Shown here piece after piece: positions 36,214 through 47,276 of a stretch of 64,000 nucleotides of DNA. The stretch spans positions 12,935-76,934 of the forward strand of contig CAVRRH010000008.1 of assembly GCA_963723565.1 (NCBI GenBank). The letters run 5' to 3'. Below the pieces are notes generated by a model. The model had not been told where the DNA came from and made no database searches. It saw only the letters and a list, made by a program, of their open reading frames with translations. A program made the position numbers and the translations under genes. This stretch comes from an uncultured Gemmatimonadales bacterium (lineage in GTDB: Bacteria; Gemmatimonadota; Gemmatimonadetes; Gemmatimonadales; GWC2-71-9). How positions within the stretch are numbered: the stretch's first letter is position 1; each line of letters begins with the position of its first letter.

Positions 36214-37204
36214 TACCTCCCCACCGCCTGCGGCTTGCCGCGAGTATCCTTTGGCATTGACGCCGGCCGCCCTGGCCGGGCATGGCCGGGCGCCGGCCAG
36301 CGCTGCTCGATGAACATCAGCACCGACGGGGCGATGAATATCGAGGAGAAGATGCCAGCGGACACGCCCCAAAACATCACCAGCGCGAACGGACGAATGA
36401 CCTCGCCGCCGAAGAGGAGCAGCGTGAGCATGGTTGCGAGCGCGGTACCGTGGGTCAGCACCGTGCGCGGCAAGGTCTCGTTGACCGAGCGGTTGAGCAG
36501 CTGGGCGAGCGTCTCCTGCGTCTTTTGGCGTTCGTTCTCGCGAACCCGGTCGAAGATGATGATCGTTTCGTTGAGCGAGATGCCGAGCACCGAGAGCACG
36601 GCCCCGACCACGAACAGGCTGACCTCGATGTTGAACACCGAGATGAACGCCACAGTGCCGAGCACATCGTGAGCCGTCGCGGCGACGGCCGCGGCACCGA
36701 AGCGCCACTCGAACCGAATACGCCAGATAAACCAGGATCACCAGCGAGGACAGCAGGATCGCCATGAGCGCCTTCTGCCGGAGCTCTTCGCCGACCTTGG
36801 GTCCCACCGCCTCGGCGCGTACTACGGTGTACTTGCCCGCGCCCAGCACCCGATCGAGGGCGGTTTCGACCAGCGCGCGCGGTGGCGCCGGTGTCTTGGC
36901 GGCGGGCCCCCGATTCCTGGCAAGCCGGGCCCGGATGACCACCTCCCGATCGATGCCGAAGTTCTGGATCTCCGCCCCTCGGATGTCCTGCGCGTCCAGG
37001 GCGGAGCGCACCGCGCCGACATCGACCGGCTGCTGGGCTTTCGACCTGCAGCAGCGTGCCGCCGGTGAATTCGATCCTGTAGTTCAGCCCGCGGACAGCG
37101 AGGAGGACCAGCCCGGGCAAGAAGACCGCAGCGGTGACGAGGTAAGCGTATGCGCCGGCTTCCCGATGAAGTCGAACTTCGGCGTTCGCCAGGAGACGAC
37201 GCAT
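36213..37204 (-). CDS. secF: Protein translocase subunit SecF (frameshifted)
   Basis: IEFTGG, VGPKVGEEL, SLNETIIIFDRVRE, SVNETLPRT, FSSIFIA. Confidence 0.93.
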
Positions 37205-37205
37205 G

Positions 37206-38886
37206 TCAGATACTCAGCGTGGAGGTCGCCGGCCGGCGCTGGAGCCACACCATGAAGATGGTGCGGGTGACGAAGACGGCCGTGATCATCGAGGCAAGGA
37301 TGCCGAGGATCGAGCGTCACGGCAAATCCCTTGACCGGGCCGGTGCCGAACTGGAAGAGGAAAGAGCGCCGTGAGGACGGTGGCAGACGTTGGAGTCGAC
37401 GATCGCATTCATGGCCTGGCGGAACCCCTCGCCGACAGCCAGCTGCACGGTCTTCCCGTCGCGCCAGTTCCTCCTTGATCCTCTCGAAGATGAGCACGTT
37501 GGCGTCCACCGCGGCACCGATCGAGAGCACGATCCCAGCCACGCCCGGCAAGGTGAGGGTCGCGTCGAGCAGGCCAAGCCGCCCAGGGTAAACAGGATGT
37601 ACAGACCCAGCGCCACCACGGCGAGCACTCCCGCCACGCGGTAGTACCCTACCATGATGAAAATGACCAGCAAGGTCCCGATCAGGCCCGCGGTGAGCCC
37701 CTTGCGGATCGAGTCACTTCCGAGACTCGCGCCGACCTGCCGCTCCTCCACGATCTTGAGCGGAATCGGGCAGCGCACCGGCCTTGAGCGTCAGCGCCAG
37801 GTCCTGCGCCTCCTGGAGGGTTCTCCCCGACAGGGTGATCTGACCGTTCCGCCCGATCCGGCTCTGGATGACCGGTGGCCGGCCCTGGACCCGGCCATCG
37901 AGCAGAATCGCCATGTAGTCTCCCACATGCTTGCCGGTCTCCTCGCCGAACTTGCGGCCGCCGGCGCGATCCAGCTCGAAAGTGGCGATCGGTCCGTTGG
38001 TGAGCGGGTCGAGCTGTGCCTGAGCGTCCACCAGGTTGGCGCCGGTCACGATGCTCCGATCATCCAGGGCATACAGGAAGCGGACCGGTTGCACCCCGAC
38101 GCTGGTGGGGGCGGAGCTCCAGCGCAGCACGATACCGCGAGGGAGCTGCCGGGCGACGGCGGGAATGTTCAGCAGGCTGTCTACCCGCGGGAACGCCGTT
38201 TCCGGCACCACATATTCTCCCGGGATGTTGCCGGCGCCGGTCGCCGTGGAGGACTGGATGAGCCCGCTGAGAACGCCGCCGATTACCGCGCTGGTGTCCC
38301 GAGCGGCGCTGTCCTTGGGGGTCGCTTTGGCCGAGTCCTTGGGAGTCGCTTTGGCCGAGTCGCCACCGAGGAGCTGCTGGACGGCGGACGGCTGAGTAGG
38401 TGTCGCAGCGCCCTTGATCCCCAGGCTTCGGAGCGTCCGGTCCATTGCCGGCAGCGCCTTTTCCAGGGCCTGGGTCTCGTCGGTGATCTTGAACTCGAGG
38501 AAGGCGCTACGCTGCACGATGGCCTTGGCACGGGCGGGATCGTTGATGCCGGCCAGCTCGACGACGATCCGATCATTGCCCACTTGCTGGATCAAGCGGC
38601 TCGGTCACGCCGAACTCGTCGATGCGCTTGCGCAGCACGGTGAGCGCCAGCTGCAGGTCGCGCTTCGGGTCGGCGGAGACCTGCTTGGATTGGTCCAGCT
38701 CGAGAGCGAGGTGCATCCCGCCCTGAAGGTCCAGGCCGAGCTTGAGCGGCACCCGCTTCTCGGTGCGGTCCGTCATGACTCCGGTCTCGACGTCCGCTCC
38801 CGCAGGGTCACGTTGCGGGGAATGAGATAGAAGATGCTCAGAGCGACGATCCCGGCAATGATCAGAAGGCGTGTACGGGTAGACAT
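37206..38886 (-). CDS. secD: Protein translocase subunit SecD (frameshifted)
   Basis: [60 protein letters not shown]. Confidence 0.95.
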
Positions 38887-38900
38887 CGTTCGATAGCTAC

Positions 38901-39872
38901 TCAAGCATGGGTGATACGACTGGGCGACTGTTCGGCGGCCGTGAGAGCCGCCAACGCCCCGATGCGATCTCGCTCCAACTGTTTCTGCAACTGCTCGACC
39001 GAGCCGAAGCGTTCGATGTCGCGCAAGCGCTCGACCCACTCGATTCGGACCCACTCGCCATAGAGGTCGCCATCGAAACCGAAAAGGTGAGCCTCCAGAA
39101 CCCGCCGCCCGTCCTGAAAAGTAGGCCTGGGTCCCTGGTTCATCATCCCCCCGGCGCCACCTCCCCGCCACTCGACTCGTACGGCGTACACGCCGTCTGG
39201 CGGCAGAAGCTTTCGGGGCGACAGCTCGCTCAAATTGATGGTGGGTATACCGAGCAGCCGGCCTCGGCGCTCCCCCTCCCCCACCCGGCCGACCACTCCG
39301 TACGGCCGGCCCAGCATGGCTGCCGCGGTGCCGAGATCGCCACCGGCAACCGCGCGACGGATCCGGCTGCTGGAGACGTGTTGTCCGCCGAAGTCCACCG
39401 GCGGCACCACGTCCACATCGAAGCCGTGCGACTCTCCCAGCCGGCGAAGGGTCTCGACATCGCCGCTTCGGCCGCGCCCAAAGCCGTGATCGTGCCCGAT
39501 GACCAGCTCCCGCACCGCGCAACGCTCGAGCAAGACATCGCGAACAAACTGCTCCGGCGTGAGACTCGCGAGGTGGCGGTCGAACCGCACCAGCAGCACG
39601 TAGTCCAGCGGAGAGAGCGCCAGAATCTCCAGTCGCTCGGGACCGGTGGTCAGGAGCGGGGGTGCGGCCTCGGGATTCACCACCTCGAGCGGATGGGGAT
39701 CGAACGTCACCAGAACGCTCGCGCGCCGGGCGGCCCGGGCACGCCGGCCGATCTCGTGCAGGACCGCCTGATGGCCCAGGTGCACCCCATCGAACGACCC
39801 GACCGTCACGGTGCTTCCGTTGGGGAGGCGGGGAAGCGGGGAAGCGGGGACGCGGGGAAGCTTGTCAGTCAC
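38901..39872 (-). CDS. ribF: Riboflavin kinase / FAD synthetase
   Basis: GSFDGVHLGH, VSSSRIR, GRLLGIPTIN, PDGVY, EAHL. Confidence 0.96.
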   Translation of the reverse strand: MTDKLPRVPASPLPRLPNGSTVTVGSFDGVHLGHQAVLHEIGRRARAARRASVLVTFDPHPLEVVNPEAAPPLLTTGPERLEILALSPLDYVLLVRFDRHLASLTPEQFVRDVLLERCAVRELVIGHDHGFGRGRSGDVETLRRLGESHGFDVDVVPPVDFGGQHVSSSRIRRAVAGGDLGTAAAMLGRPYGVVGRVGEGERRGRLLGIPTINLSELSPRKLLPPDGVYAVRVEWRGGGAGGMMNQGPRPTFQDGRRVLEAHLFGFDGDLYGEWVRIEWVERLRDIERFGSVEQLQKQLERDRIGALAALTAAEQSPSRITHA

Positions 39873-39999
39873 GCGGTTCCCAGCACGACTGTGGGTCGGA
39901 GCCAGCCGTCTTCCGCCCTCGCTACCGCCACGAGCTCGCCAGCATCCAGCAACGCCACCACCTCCCCGCTTACCCGCTTTCCCGCTTTCCCGCCTTCCG
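39822..39999. repeat. Inverted pair of 8-nt arrays (GGGGAAGC / CTTTCCCG) lying inside ribF and truB coding sequence
   Basis: Five units at 39822-39861; complementary units at 39962-39999. Confidence 0.85.
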
Positions 40000-40723
40000 C
40001 CACCGCCCGTCCGTGGACCACTGCCCGACGAGCGGCCTGGTCGAGCTCGACCGTGGGCAGGTCGCCCAGGACCTGCCGAGCGGAGATGACCGCTGCCGGG
40101 CTCAACCGGTCGAGTGGCACCGCATCTTCTACCCGAAGCGACCCTATGGCCTCACGTCGCAGGTGGGTGAGGTGGGCACCGACCCCGAGCCGCTCTCCCA
40201 GGTCGCGGGCGATGGCTCGGACGTAGGTGCCGGCGCTGACCTCGGCTCGAAAGATCAGGAGGGGAGCCTGAAATTCCACCACCTCGATCCGGCGCACCGT
40301 GATGCTCACACCAGGCAGTTCTACGACCTCACCGCGCCGCGCCTTGGCATAACTCCGTTCCCCACCGACATGCTTCGCCGAGTAATCCGGGGGGCGCTGC
40401 AGCTGGGTGCCGAGAAAGCCCGCCAGCGATGCCGCGACGTGCTCCTCGCTGAGCCGCTCCGCAGAATCCGACGTCTCCACTACGCGGCCGGTCAGATCAT
40501 CGGTGTCGGTGCGGATTCCGAGCCGGGCGGTTGCGAGGTACGTCTTCGACTGGGTCTCGACGAAGCGCGCCAGCCGTGTGGCCCGTCCCAGCAACACCAC
40601 GAGCAGTCCAGTGGCGAACGGGTCGAGCGTTCCCGTGTGGCCGGCGCCGCGGGTTCCGAGCACGCGTCGCACTCTTTGAACGACGTCGTGCGAGGTCATC
40701 GCGGCCGGCTTGTCCACCAGCAC
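39869..40723 (-). CDS. truB: tRNA pseudouridine(55) synthase
   Basis: DKP..TSHDVV, GHTGTLDPFATG, QRPPDYSAK, SAGTYVR. Confidence 0.96.
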   Translation of the reverse strand: MLVDKPAAMTSHDVVQRVRRVLGTRGAGHTGTLDPFATGLLVVLLGRATRLARFVETQSKTYLATARLGIRTDTDDLTGRVVETSDSAERLSEEHVAASLAGFLGTQLQRPPDYSAKHVGGERSYAKARRGEVVELPGVSITVRRIEVVEFQAPLLIFRAEVSAGTYVRAIARDLGERLGVGAHLTHLRREAIGSLRVEDAVPLDRLSPAAVISARQVLGDLPTVELDQAARRAVVHGRAVAEGGKAGKRVSGEVVALLDAGELVAVARAEDGWLRPTVVLGTA

Positions 40724-40731
40724 CGCGCCGA

Positions 40732-41094
40732 TCAGTCCTGGCCCTCCCGCCGGATGTCGTTCAGCAACTCGCCGATGCGGGCGGCGTGCTCAAGGCCACG
40801 GTCGAGCTCGAAGTGGAGCTGGGGCACCGACCGGGTGGTGAGCGCCCGTGCTGCCCGGGAGCGGAGGAAGCCGGCGGCACTCTGCAGGCCTTCCAGCGCA
40901 CGAGTCTTGTCGGCCTCCTCACCCGGAATGCTCACCATGACCCGCGCGTGAGACAGGTCGTTGGTTGCCAGCACCGCGGTGACGGTCACGAAGCCGACCC
41001 GTGGGTCCCGAACTTCACCCCGGAGGAGCGCGTCGGTGATGACCTGCCTGAGGGTTTCGGCCACCTGCTCGGGCCGGCGAGACGATCCCTTCAT
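40732..41094 (-). CDS. rbfA: Ribosome-binding factor A
   Basis: RDPRVGFVTVT..DLSHARV, PQLHFELD. Confidence 0.95.
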   Translation of the reverse strand: MKGSSRRPEQVAETLRQVITDALLRGEVRDPRVGFVTVTAVLATNDLSHARVMVSIPGEEADKTRALEGLQSAAGFLRSRAARALTTRSVPQLHFELDRGLEHAARIGELLNDIRREGQD

Positions 41095-41372
41095 CGGAAC
41101 ACCGTTGCCGTGTCGATGATGCGCACCCCGTCAGCCTCCTCGACCATCCGATCCGCGGCTCGCAGAGTCTCGTCCACCACCGTTCGGTCGCTCCCCACCA
41201 CCGCGCAGGCGATCTCGGCACGCTGCCAGAGATCCTGCTGCCCGGTCTCCGCCACCGAGACGTTGAGCGTCCGCCGCAGTGCCGAGGTGAGCGGTTTCAG
41301 CACGCTCCGCTTCTCCTTGAGCGAGTGACAGGCGGGAAGGTGGAGGTCCCAGGTGGCGATGGCGACGATCAT
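41091..41372 (-). CDS. DUF503 (YlxP-like) protein
   Basis: HSLKEKRSV, NVSVAE..QDLWQR; canonical position between infB and rbfA. Confidence 0.92.
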   Translation of the reverse strand: MIVAIATWDLHLPACHSLKEKRSVLKPLTSALRRTLNVSVAETGQQDLWQRAEIACAVVGSDRTVVDETLRAADRMVEEADGVRIIDTATVFR

Positions 41373-41382
41373 CTCTGAAGGA

Positions 41383-41477
41383 TCCAGAGTCAAGGGTCGA
41401 GGGTCCGATCATTCAAGGGAAGTCGCCCTGAGCTTTAGACTCTAGACCCTAGACCCCTAGACCTAAACTTCTAGACC
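41383..41477. repeat. Inverted pair of 7-nt arrays (TCTAGGG / CCCTAGA) overlapping the infB stop
   Basis: tccagag-tcaaggg-tcgaggg ... ctttaga-ctctaga-ccctaga-cccctaga-cttctaga. Confidence 0.8.
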
Positions 41478-44206
41478 TGCTTACCCAGCGCGCCCGCAGC
41501 TGCCGGCGCCAGTGTCCGCTTGATCTCTTCCATCCGGAATGACTCGATCCGGTCGCCCGGCTTGAGATCGTTGAAGTTCTCGATGCCGATGCCGCACTCG
41601 AGACCCTCACGCACTTCGCGCACATCGTCCTTGAACCGCTTGAGGCTGGAGAGCGCGCCGGTGTATACCGTGGTGCCGTCGCGAACGACGCGCGCTTTGG
41701 CAGTCCGCTGAATGGTGCCGCTCCGCACGGTGCAGCCGGCGATGGTTCCGACCTTGCTCACCTTGAACAGCTGGAGCACTTCGGCCTCGCCGAGCACCGT
41801 CTCCCGCTCCTCGGGCTTGAGCAATCCTTCCAGGGCATTCCTGACATCCTCTACCGCCTCGTAGATGATGCGGTAGGTGCGCACGTCCACCTGTTCTCGC
41901 TCCGCCGTCGACCGCGCATTGGAGTCGGGCCGGACGTGGAACCCGAGCACGATGGCGCCGGATGCCTTGGCCAACAGAATGTCGCTCTCGGTGATGGCGC
42001 CCACGCCGCGGTGCACAACGTCCACCCGCACTTCGCTGGTGCTGAGCTGGGCCAGTGCGTCGGCCAGCGCCTCGGCAGGGCCGCCCTGATCCGCCTTGAT
42101 GATGATGCGAAGCATGGTGACCTCGCCCTCCTTGAGGGCGCGGCTGAAGTCCTCGAGCGACGTGCCCTTCGCGCTCCGCCGGTTCTGCGCTTCGCGCTCC
42201 AGGCGCTGGCGCTTCTGGGCGATCTCGCGAGCCTCGACCGCATCGGTCACGACGGCGAAGATGTCGCCGGCCGCGGGCACGCCCTCGAAGCCGAGGATCT
42301 GCACCGGAATCGACGGACCGGCCGCCTTGACCGCCTTGCCGCGCTCGTCATAGAGAGCACGAACCCGGCCGGAGAATCGCCCGCAGATGAAGTTGTCGCC
42401 GCCGGTCAGCGTGCCCCGCTGGACCAGGATCGTGGCCAGGGGACCCTTGCCCGGATCGAGGCTGGCCTCGAGCACGGTGCCGTGTCCCTTCCCGGTTGGA
42501 TTGGCCTTGAGATCGAGGATCTCCGACTGGAGCAGGATCTGCTCCAGCAGGTGATCGATGCCGGTACCCTTCTTGGCCGAGATCTCGGCCGAGAGGACGG
42601 TGCCGCCGAACTCCTCAAGCACGACGTTGTGCTGGAGCAGGTCCTGCTTCACCTTCTGCACGTTGGCGGTGGGAAGATCGATCTTGTTGATGGCGACGAT
42701 CATCGGCACGCCGGCGTTACGCGCGTGACTGATGGCCTCGACAGTCTGCGGCATGACCTGGTCATCCGCGGCCACCACCAGCACGACGATGTCGGTAACC
42801 TGCGCCCCGCGCGCCCGCATGGCGGTGAACGCCTGGTGGCCCGGGGTATCGAGGAAGGTGATCCGCTTGTCACCCGGCAGCTCGACGTGGTAGGCGCCGA
42901 TGTGCTGAGTGATTCCACCGGCCTCGCCGGCCACGATGTTGGCCTTCCGGACGTAATCGAGCAGCGAGGTCTTGCCGTGGTCCACGTGACCCATGATGGT
43001 CACGACCGGTGGGCGCGAAACCAGCTGCTCCGGACTCTCTTCGGCTTGATCGAGCTCCGCTTCGGCGGCGTACTCGTCCTCGCGTACCGCCTGGAAACCA
43101 AAGGCCGACGCGATGAGCTCGATCTGATCGAAGTCCAGGCGCTGGTTCACCGTCACCATCAATCCCAGTTCCTTGAACGCGAACTGCACGATCTGAGTGG
43201 CCGGTACCTTCATCGCAACGGCGAGCTCCGAGACCGAGACGAACTCGTTGACCCGGACCAGGGTCTTCTCCCGCTCCTTCTCCTCCGCCAACCGGCCGGC
43301 CTGCACTGCCTGGAACGACGGCTCATCGGTGCGCCGGCCCTTGCGTCCAGCCGGACCCTTCATCCCTTGAAGCGTACGCATGATGTTGGCCTGCACCGCG
43401 TCCTGATCCACGGACGAGCGCTTGCCTTTCTTGCCTCGCTTCCTGCCGCCACCCTTCTCGGCATCGGGTCCGAAGGTGCGAACCGGCGGCGCGTTGCGAT
43501 CGCTTCCCGGCCGCTGCGGCACCCCGCCGCCGGGGCGCGACGGAGCCCCCGAACGCGAGGGCGAGCTCGGCCGCGACGGACTGGCGGGGGCGCTGCTGCT
43601 GAAGACCGGCTTGGGTCCGCGGGTAGGCGCCGCGGCGGGGCGCTGCACCCGGGGCGGAATGAACGGGGCGCGGGGCGCGCTCGTCACTGGAGCTGGCGGC
43701 CGGGCTTCCGGCGCTGCGCCGTTGACCGGCTCCTCCTGGATCGCCGCCTCGGTTTCTTCGGCCTCGAGTGGCGCGGGCGGGAGGTCCTTGAACAAGGCTC
43801 GGGCCCGCTCCTCGAGCGTCTGCGTCGGGGCGCTCTCTTCGGGCTCGTGGATGACCGGGCGCTCCAGCTCGAGCGCCGCCATCTCGGCGGCCTTTTCCGC
43901 CTGGACCTGCGCCTCCACCTGCGCCACCTCTGCCGCGGTGCGGCGCCGCTTGGCGGGCTTCGCCTCGGCCGCGACGGGCGCGGGTGCGGGCTTGGCCGCC
44001 TTGCGGCGCCCCTTCTTCGCGGTCGGCTCGTCCGCGCTTCTGCGCTTGTCCCGTTCCCAGCGCACCCGGACGGCGGAGACCTGATCGCTCTCCAGGGCCG
44101 ACAGGTGACTGCGCACGAAGATGTTCATGTCCTTGAGCATGTTGAGAAGCTGCTCAGGAGCGACGCCGAACTCCGCTGCCAGATCGTGAACTCGAGTTTT
44201 AACCAC
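41471..44206 (-). CDS. infB: Translation initiation factor IF-2
   Basis: [38 protein letters not shown]. Confidence 0.98.
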   Translation of the reverse strand: MVKTRVHDLAAEFGVAPEQLLNMLKDMNIFVRSHLSALESDQVSAVRVRWERDKRRSADEPTAKKGRRKAAKPAPAPVAAEAKPAKRRRTAAEVAQVEAQVQAEKAAEMAALELERPVIHEPEESAPTQTLEERARALFKDLPPAPLEAEETEAAIQEEPVNGAAPEARPPAPVTSAPRAPFIPPRVQRPAAAPTRGPKPVFSSSAPASPSRPSSPSRSGAPSRPGGGVPQRPGSDRNAPPVRTFGPDAEKGGGRKRGKKGKRSSVDQDAVQANIMRTLQGMKGPAGRKGRRTDEPSFQAVQAGRLAEEKEREKTLVRVNEFVSVSELAVAMKVPATQIVQFAFKELGLMVTVNQRLDFDQIELIASAFGFQAVREDEYAAEAELDQAEESPEQLVSRPPVVTIMGHVDHGKTSLLDYVRKANIVAGEAGGITQHIGAYHVELPGDKRITFLDTPGHQAFTAMRARGAQVTDIVVLVVAADDQVMPQTVEAISHARNAGVPMIVAINKIDLPTANVQKVKQDLLQHNVVLEEFGGTVLSAEISAKKGTGIDHLLEQILLQSEILDLKANPTGKGHGTVLEASLDPGKGPLATILVQRGTLTGGDNFICGRFSGRVRALYDERGKAVKAAGPSIPVQILGFEGVPAAGDIFAVVTDAVEAREIAQKRQRLEREAQNRRSAKGTSLEDFSRALKEGEVTMLRIIIKADQGGPAEALADALAQLSTSEVRVDVVHRGVGAITESDILLAKASGAIVLGFHVRPDSNARSTAEREQVDVRTYRIIYEAVEDVRNALEGLLKPEERETVLGEAEVLQLFKVSKVGTIAGCTVRSGTIQRTAKARVVRDGTTVYTGALSSLKRFKDDVREVREGLECGIGIENFNDLKPGDRIESFRMEEIKRTLAPAAAGALGKQV

Positions 44207-44217
44207 TCATGCCTCCA

Positions 44218-44523
44218 TCAGGAGCGTACCGGCGCCAGCTGCACCATGCCGCCGGCCAACGCGCGGTCCCGTACGCCTACCGCCATCACCGGCGGTTTAC
44301 CCAACTGCGCGCCGATCGCTGCGGCGCTCGGTCCTGGCAGCAACGGCACCCCTTTGGCCATGGCCAGCCGGACCACCTTTTCGACGGCACGCGGGCTGGC
44401 ATCCTCTGCCACCACCACGCACCAGCACTTTCCCGCTTGCAGCTCCTTTCGCACGCCATCAACGCCAACGATGATGCGCCGGCCGCGGTATCCCAGGCCG
44501 ATGAGGCCCAGCAGGCCGCTCAT
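44218..44523 (-). CDS. L7Ae/YlxQ-like RNA-binding protein
   Basis: LLGLIGLG, VVAEDAS, IGAQLGK; between nusA and infB. Confidence 0.85.
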   Translation of the reverse strand: MSGLLGLIGLGYRGRRIIVGVDGVRKELQAGKCWCVVVAEDASPRAVEKVVRLAMAKGVPLLPGPSAAAIGAQLGKPPVMAVGVRDRALAGGMVQLAPVRS

Positions 44524-45851
44524 GCCTTGGGCCGGGATTCCTCGCCGCTGTCTTCGTCCGTGAGCTCGGAGAGGAAGGCCATGAGCTGGTCGGCTGTCTC
44601 CGGCGTCATCCCCGGAATCTTGGCGATGTCCTCACGCTCGAGATCGAGAATGTCGTTGAGCATCTTGTAGCCGGCGCTCTCCAGGATCCCGGTGAGGTCG
44701 GGCGACAGCCCCTTCAGCTCGCTGAGCGGAACCTTCCCCGCCATTTCTTCCTCGGGCGGGAGCGGGGCGAAAAGCGGACCTTCGCCACCGCGCTCCAGCC
44801 ACTCGCGGCTGGAGTAGAGGTCGATCTTCCAGCCGGTGAGCTCGGACGCCAGGCGGACGTTCTGCCCGTTGCGTCCGATGGCGAGCGAGAGCTGGTCCTC
44901 GTCAACCACGGCCTGAATCGTCTTGGCCTCGGGATCGGAGAAGACCTTGGCCACGCGGGCCGGCGCCAGAGCCAGCCGGGCGAACCGCTCGGGGTCGGGC
45001 GACCACGGCACGATGTCGATCCGCTCACCGCCCAGCTCGTTCACCACGGCCTGAACCCGCGATCCCTTGAGTCCGACGCAGGCTCCTACCGGATCGATCG
45101 CGTCGTCGCGGGAGATCACGGCGACCTTGGTGCGGCTTCCCACTTCACGGGCGATGGCGCGGATCTCGACCACCTGCTGCTGGATCTCGGGGACCTCCAG
45201 CTTGAAGAGGGCCTTCACGAAGAGCGGATCGCCCCGCGACAGGATGAGCCGCGGCCCCTTGGGGGTCTCCTCCAGCCGCTTGAGCACCGCCCGGATGGTG
45301 TCACCCTGATGGAAGTGCTCCCGGTGGTTCTGCTCCCGGTAGGGAACGATCGCCTCCGCCTCGCGGAACTTGTTGAGCATGATCACCAGCTTGCCCCGCT
45401 CGATCTGCTGGACCTCGCCCGAGAGCAGCTCGCCGACCTTGGAGGTGAACTCCTCCCGGATGCGGGCCCGCTCACCTTCCCGTACCCGCTGGATGATCCG
45501 CTGCTTCGCTGCCTGCACCGCGAGCCGGCCAAACTCCGCGAAGGGGACTTCCTCCTCGAGCATGTCCCCGATCTGGAAGTCGGCGTCCTCGTACTGGGCC
45601 TCGTCCAGCGTGATCTGCCAGCTCGGATCCTCGACCGTCTCGACGACCTGCCGCAGGCGCACGACCTTGATGGTCCCCTGCAGCTCGTCCACACTCAGCT
45701 CGAACCGGACGTTGGGGCCGAACTTGCGCACCAGGGCGGCATGAATGCCGTCCCGCAGGAGCTCCAACAGATCGGAGCGCTCGAGTTGTTTCGCCGTCGT
45801 CAGCTCGCGAAACGCGGCCAACATCTCAGTCGAACCAGCCATTCCATTCAC
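44520..45851 (-). CDS. nusA: Transcription elongation factor NusA
   Basis: FGRLAVQAAKQ, LEVPEI, DPVGACVGLKGSR, SLAIGRNGQNVRLAS. Confidence 0.97.
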   Translation of the reverse strand: MNGMAGSTEMLAAFRELTTAKQLERSDLLELLRDGIHAALVRKFGPNVRFELSVDELQGTIKVVRLRQVVETVEDPSWQITLDEAQYEDADFQIGDMLEEEVPFAEFGRLAVQAAKQRIIQRVREGERARIREEFTSKVGELLSGEVQQIERGKLVIMLNKFREAEAIVPYREQNHREHFHQGDTIRAVLKRLEETPKGPRLILSRGDPLFVKALFKLEVPEIQQQVVEIRAIAREVGSRTKVAVISRDDAIDPVGACVGLKGSRVQAVVNELGGERIDIVPWSPDPERFARLALAPARVAKVFSDPEAKTIQAVVDEDQLSLAIGRNGQNVRLASELTGWKIDLYSSREWLERGGEGPLFAPLPPEEEMAGKVPLSELKGLSPDLTGILESAGYKMLNDILDLEREDIAKIPGMTPETADQLMAFLSELTDEDSGEESRPKA

Positions 45852-45854
45852 CCC

Positions 45855-46337
45855 CTACCGCCGTTTACCGAGTATCTCCCAGTCCACCACCAACGCCGCC
45901 TCCCGGATCGTGTCGAGCGCCACTGTCAGCGCGGACCCGTCTTCCAGGCGGAGCACCACATGTTCGTCGTCGGGAACCGCCAGGATCTCCACCCGGCTCC
46001 TCCCCGGGAGCGACGCCGCGCGTACCCGCGCGTGCCGTCCCACGAATCGCCGCCAGTGCTCCGGCCACCGCAACGGCCGCTCGAGCCCGGGCGACGAGAC
46101 TTCCAGCACGTAGCGCGGCCCGACCATCGCCCTCTGTTCCAGGAAACTTTCGAGGGACCGGCTGATCACCGCACAGTCGTCGGCCGTCACTCCCTGGCCG
46201 GGTCGGCTGTCCGGGCGGTCCACCCGCACCTGCAGGGTGGGGCGCTGCGACGTTCCGGTCCGCCTGAGATCGACCAGCTCGAATCCGAGCCCGGTGATAT
46301 GATCGCGAATCGGTGCGAGAAGCGCGTCGGCAGACAT
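45855..46337 (-). CDS. rimP: Ribosome maturation factor RimP
   Basis: GFELVD, VTADDC, YVLEVSSPGLERPL. Confidence 0.95.
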   Translation of the reverse strand: MSADALLAPIRDHITGLGFELVDLRRTGTSQRPTLQVRVDRPDSRPGQGVTADDCAVISRSLESFLEQRAMVGPRYVLEVSSPGLERPLRWPEHWRRFVGRHARVRAASLPGRSRVEILAVPDDEHVVLRLEDGSALTVALDTIREAALVVDWEILGKRR

Positions 46338-46348
46338 CGGCAGAGAAG

Positions 46349-46378
46349 GAAAAAAAATGTGGGGGAACTCCCCCACAT
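46349..46378 (-). promoter_or_regulatory. rimP leader hairpin with U-tract (attenuator-like)
   Basis: ATGTGGGGGAGTTCCCCCACAT followed by a T run, just before the rimP start. Confidence 0.7.
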
Positions 46379-46422
46379 CGACAGTCGGCCCCAAACGAAG
46401 CGCCTCCCGGGACAGCAGGTAA

Positions 46423-46451
46423 ATATTACTCGGGAATCAGGTTGGAGTCAA
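46423..46451 (-). promoter_or_regulatory. rimP operon sigma70-type promoter
   Basis: TTGACT-17nt-TAATAT. Confidence 0.75.
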
Positions 46452-47276
46452 TTACGGCCCCAACATTCCAATGTATGCTACCATGCGGCCGTCCCTGCCC
46501 TGCGAGGCCCGGTGACTATAGAAGGATGACCGATCGTGGGCCGAACACCAACTCGAGGTGGTGATCTGATTGAGCCCGAGCCCCAGTGCCTGGTCGACCA
46601 GCCGCCCACGCAGATCGAGGTGCCAGGGTCCTTGCCCATCGGCTGCTGCTCCGCAGCGCTGCATAACCTCAGAACTTACTTCATAGCACGGGCCGCAAAT
46701 ACCCACTCCACAGTGCATTACAATATCACCGGCGGCACATCCGGTGCGACATCGCAACTGCTCCACCCCCCGCCCCAGGATCCCACCCGCGGCCCCGCGC
46801 CAGCCGGCGTGGAGCAGAGCTACTGCCCGCTCTGGCACGACCAGATAGACCGGGACGCAATCGGCGACAGTCACGGTGAGGAGGATCCCGGGCGCGGTAG
46901 TGATCCAGCCATCGATCCCTTCGATCTGAATCCAACCGCGGCCGGCATCAAGGCCCATGACCTCGACGCCGTGCACCTGGTTGCCCAACACCACCGCCGT
47001 GAATTCCGGCAGCTGGCGGCGGAACGCGCGCCAGCGGCTCATCACCTCCCCAACCGGTGCGTCACTCCAGAGGCCGAGATCGAAGCCGCGACCGGGTTCC
47101 GACCCACGGCCGGTAATACCGGCCATGATTCCGTATTGGTCTCGCCAGGCCGGAATCTCGAAACGGGGGACGGCTCCGGGAACCGGGACTTCGCGGAGCT
47201 CCGATGCAACGAAGGGCGCAGATAGTGCGCCCCGGCCCCGGTGCCCCGCTTCCCCGCTGCCCCGCTTGCTACCCAT
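46452..47276 (-). CDS. pgeF: YfiH/PgeF laccase-domain (purine nucleoside phosphorylase-like) protein; start uncertain
   Basis: QVHG, TVADCVPV, HAGWRG, GICGPCYEV, FYSHR..GRM. Confidence 0.9.
   Translation of the reverse strand: MGSKRGSGEAGHRGRGALSAPFVASELREVPVPGAVPRFEIPAWRDQYGIMAGITGRGSEPGRGFDLGLWSDAPVGEVMSRWRAFRRQLPEFTAVVLGNQVHGVEVMGLDAGRGWIQIEGIDGWITTAPGILLTVTVADCVPVYLVVPERAVALLHAGWRGAAGGILGRGVEQLRCRTGCAAGDIVMHCGVGICGPCYEVSSEVMQRCGAAADGQGPWHLDLRGRLVDQALGLGLNQITTSSWCSAHDRSSFYSHRASQGRDGRMVAYIGMLGP

Noticed and set aside
38310-38365. 24-nt repeat in secD (DSAKATPK x2)
   Set aside because: Ordinary in-frame linker duplication with no inverted partner.
41936-44563. 875-aa plus-strand ORF and similar long antisense ORFs opposite fhs, truB, murA and gatB
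   Set aside because: Shadow frames produced by high-GC codon bias; no recognisable motifs.
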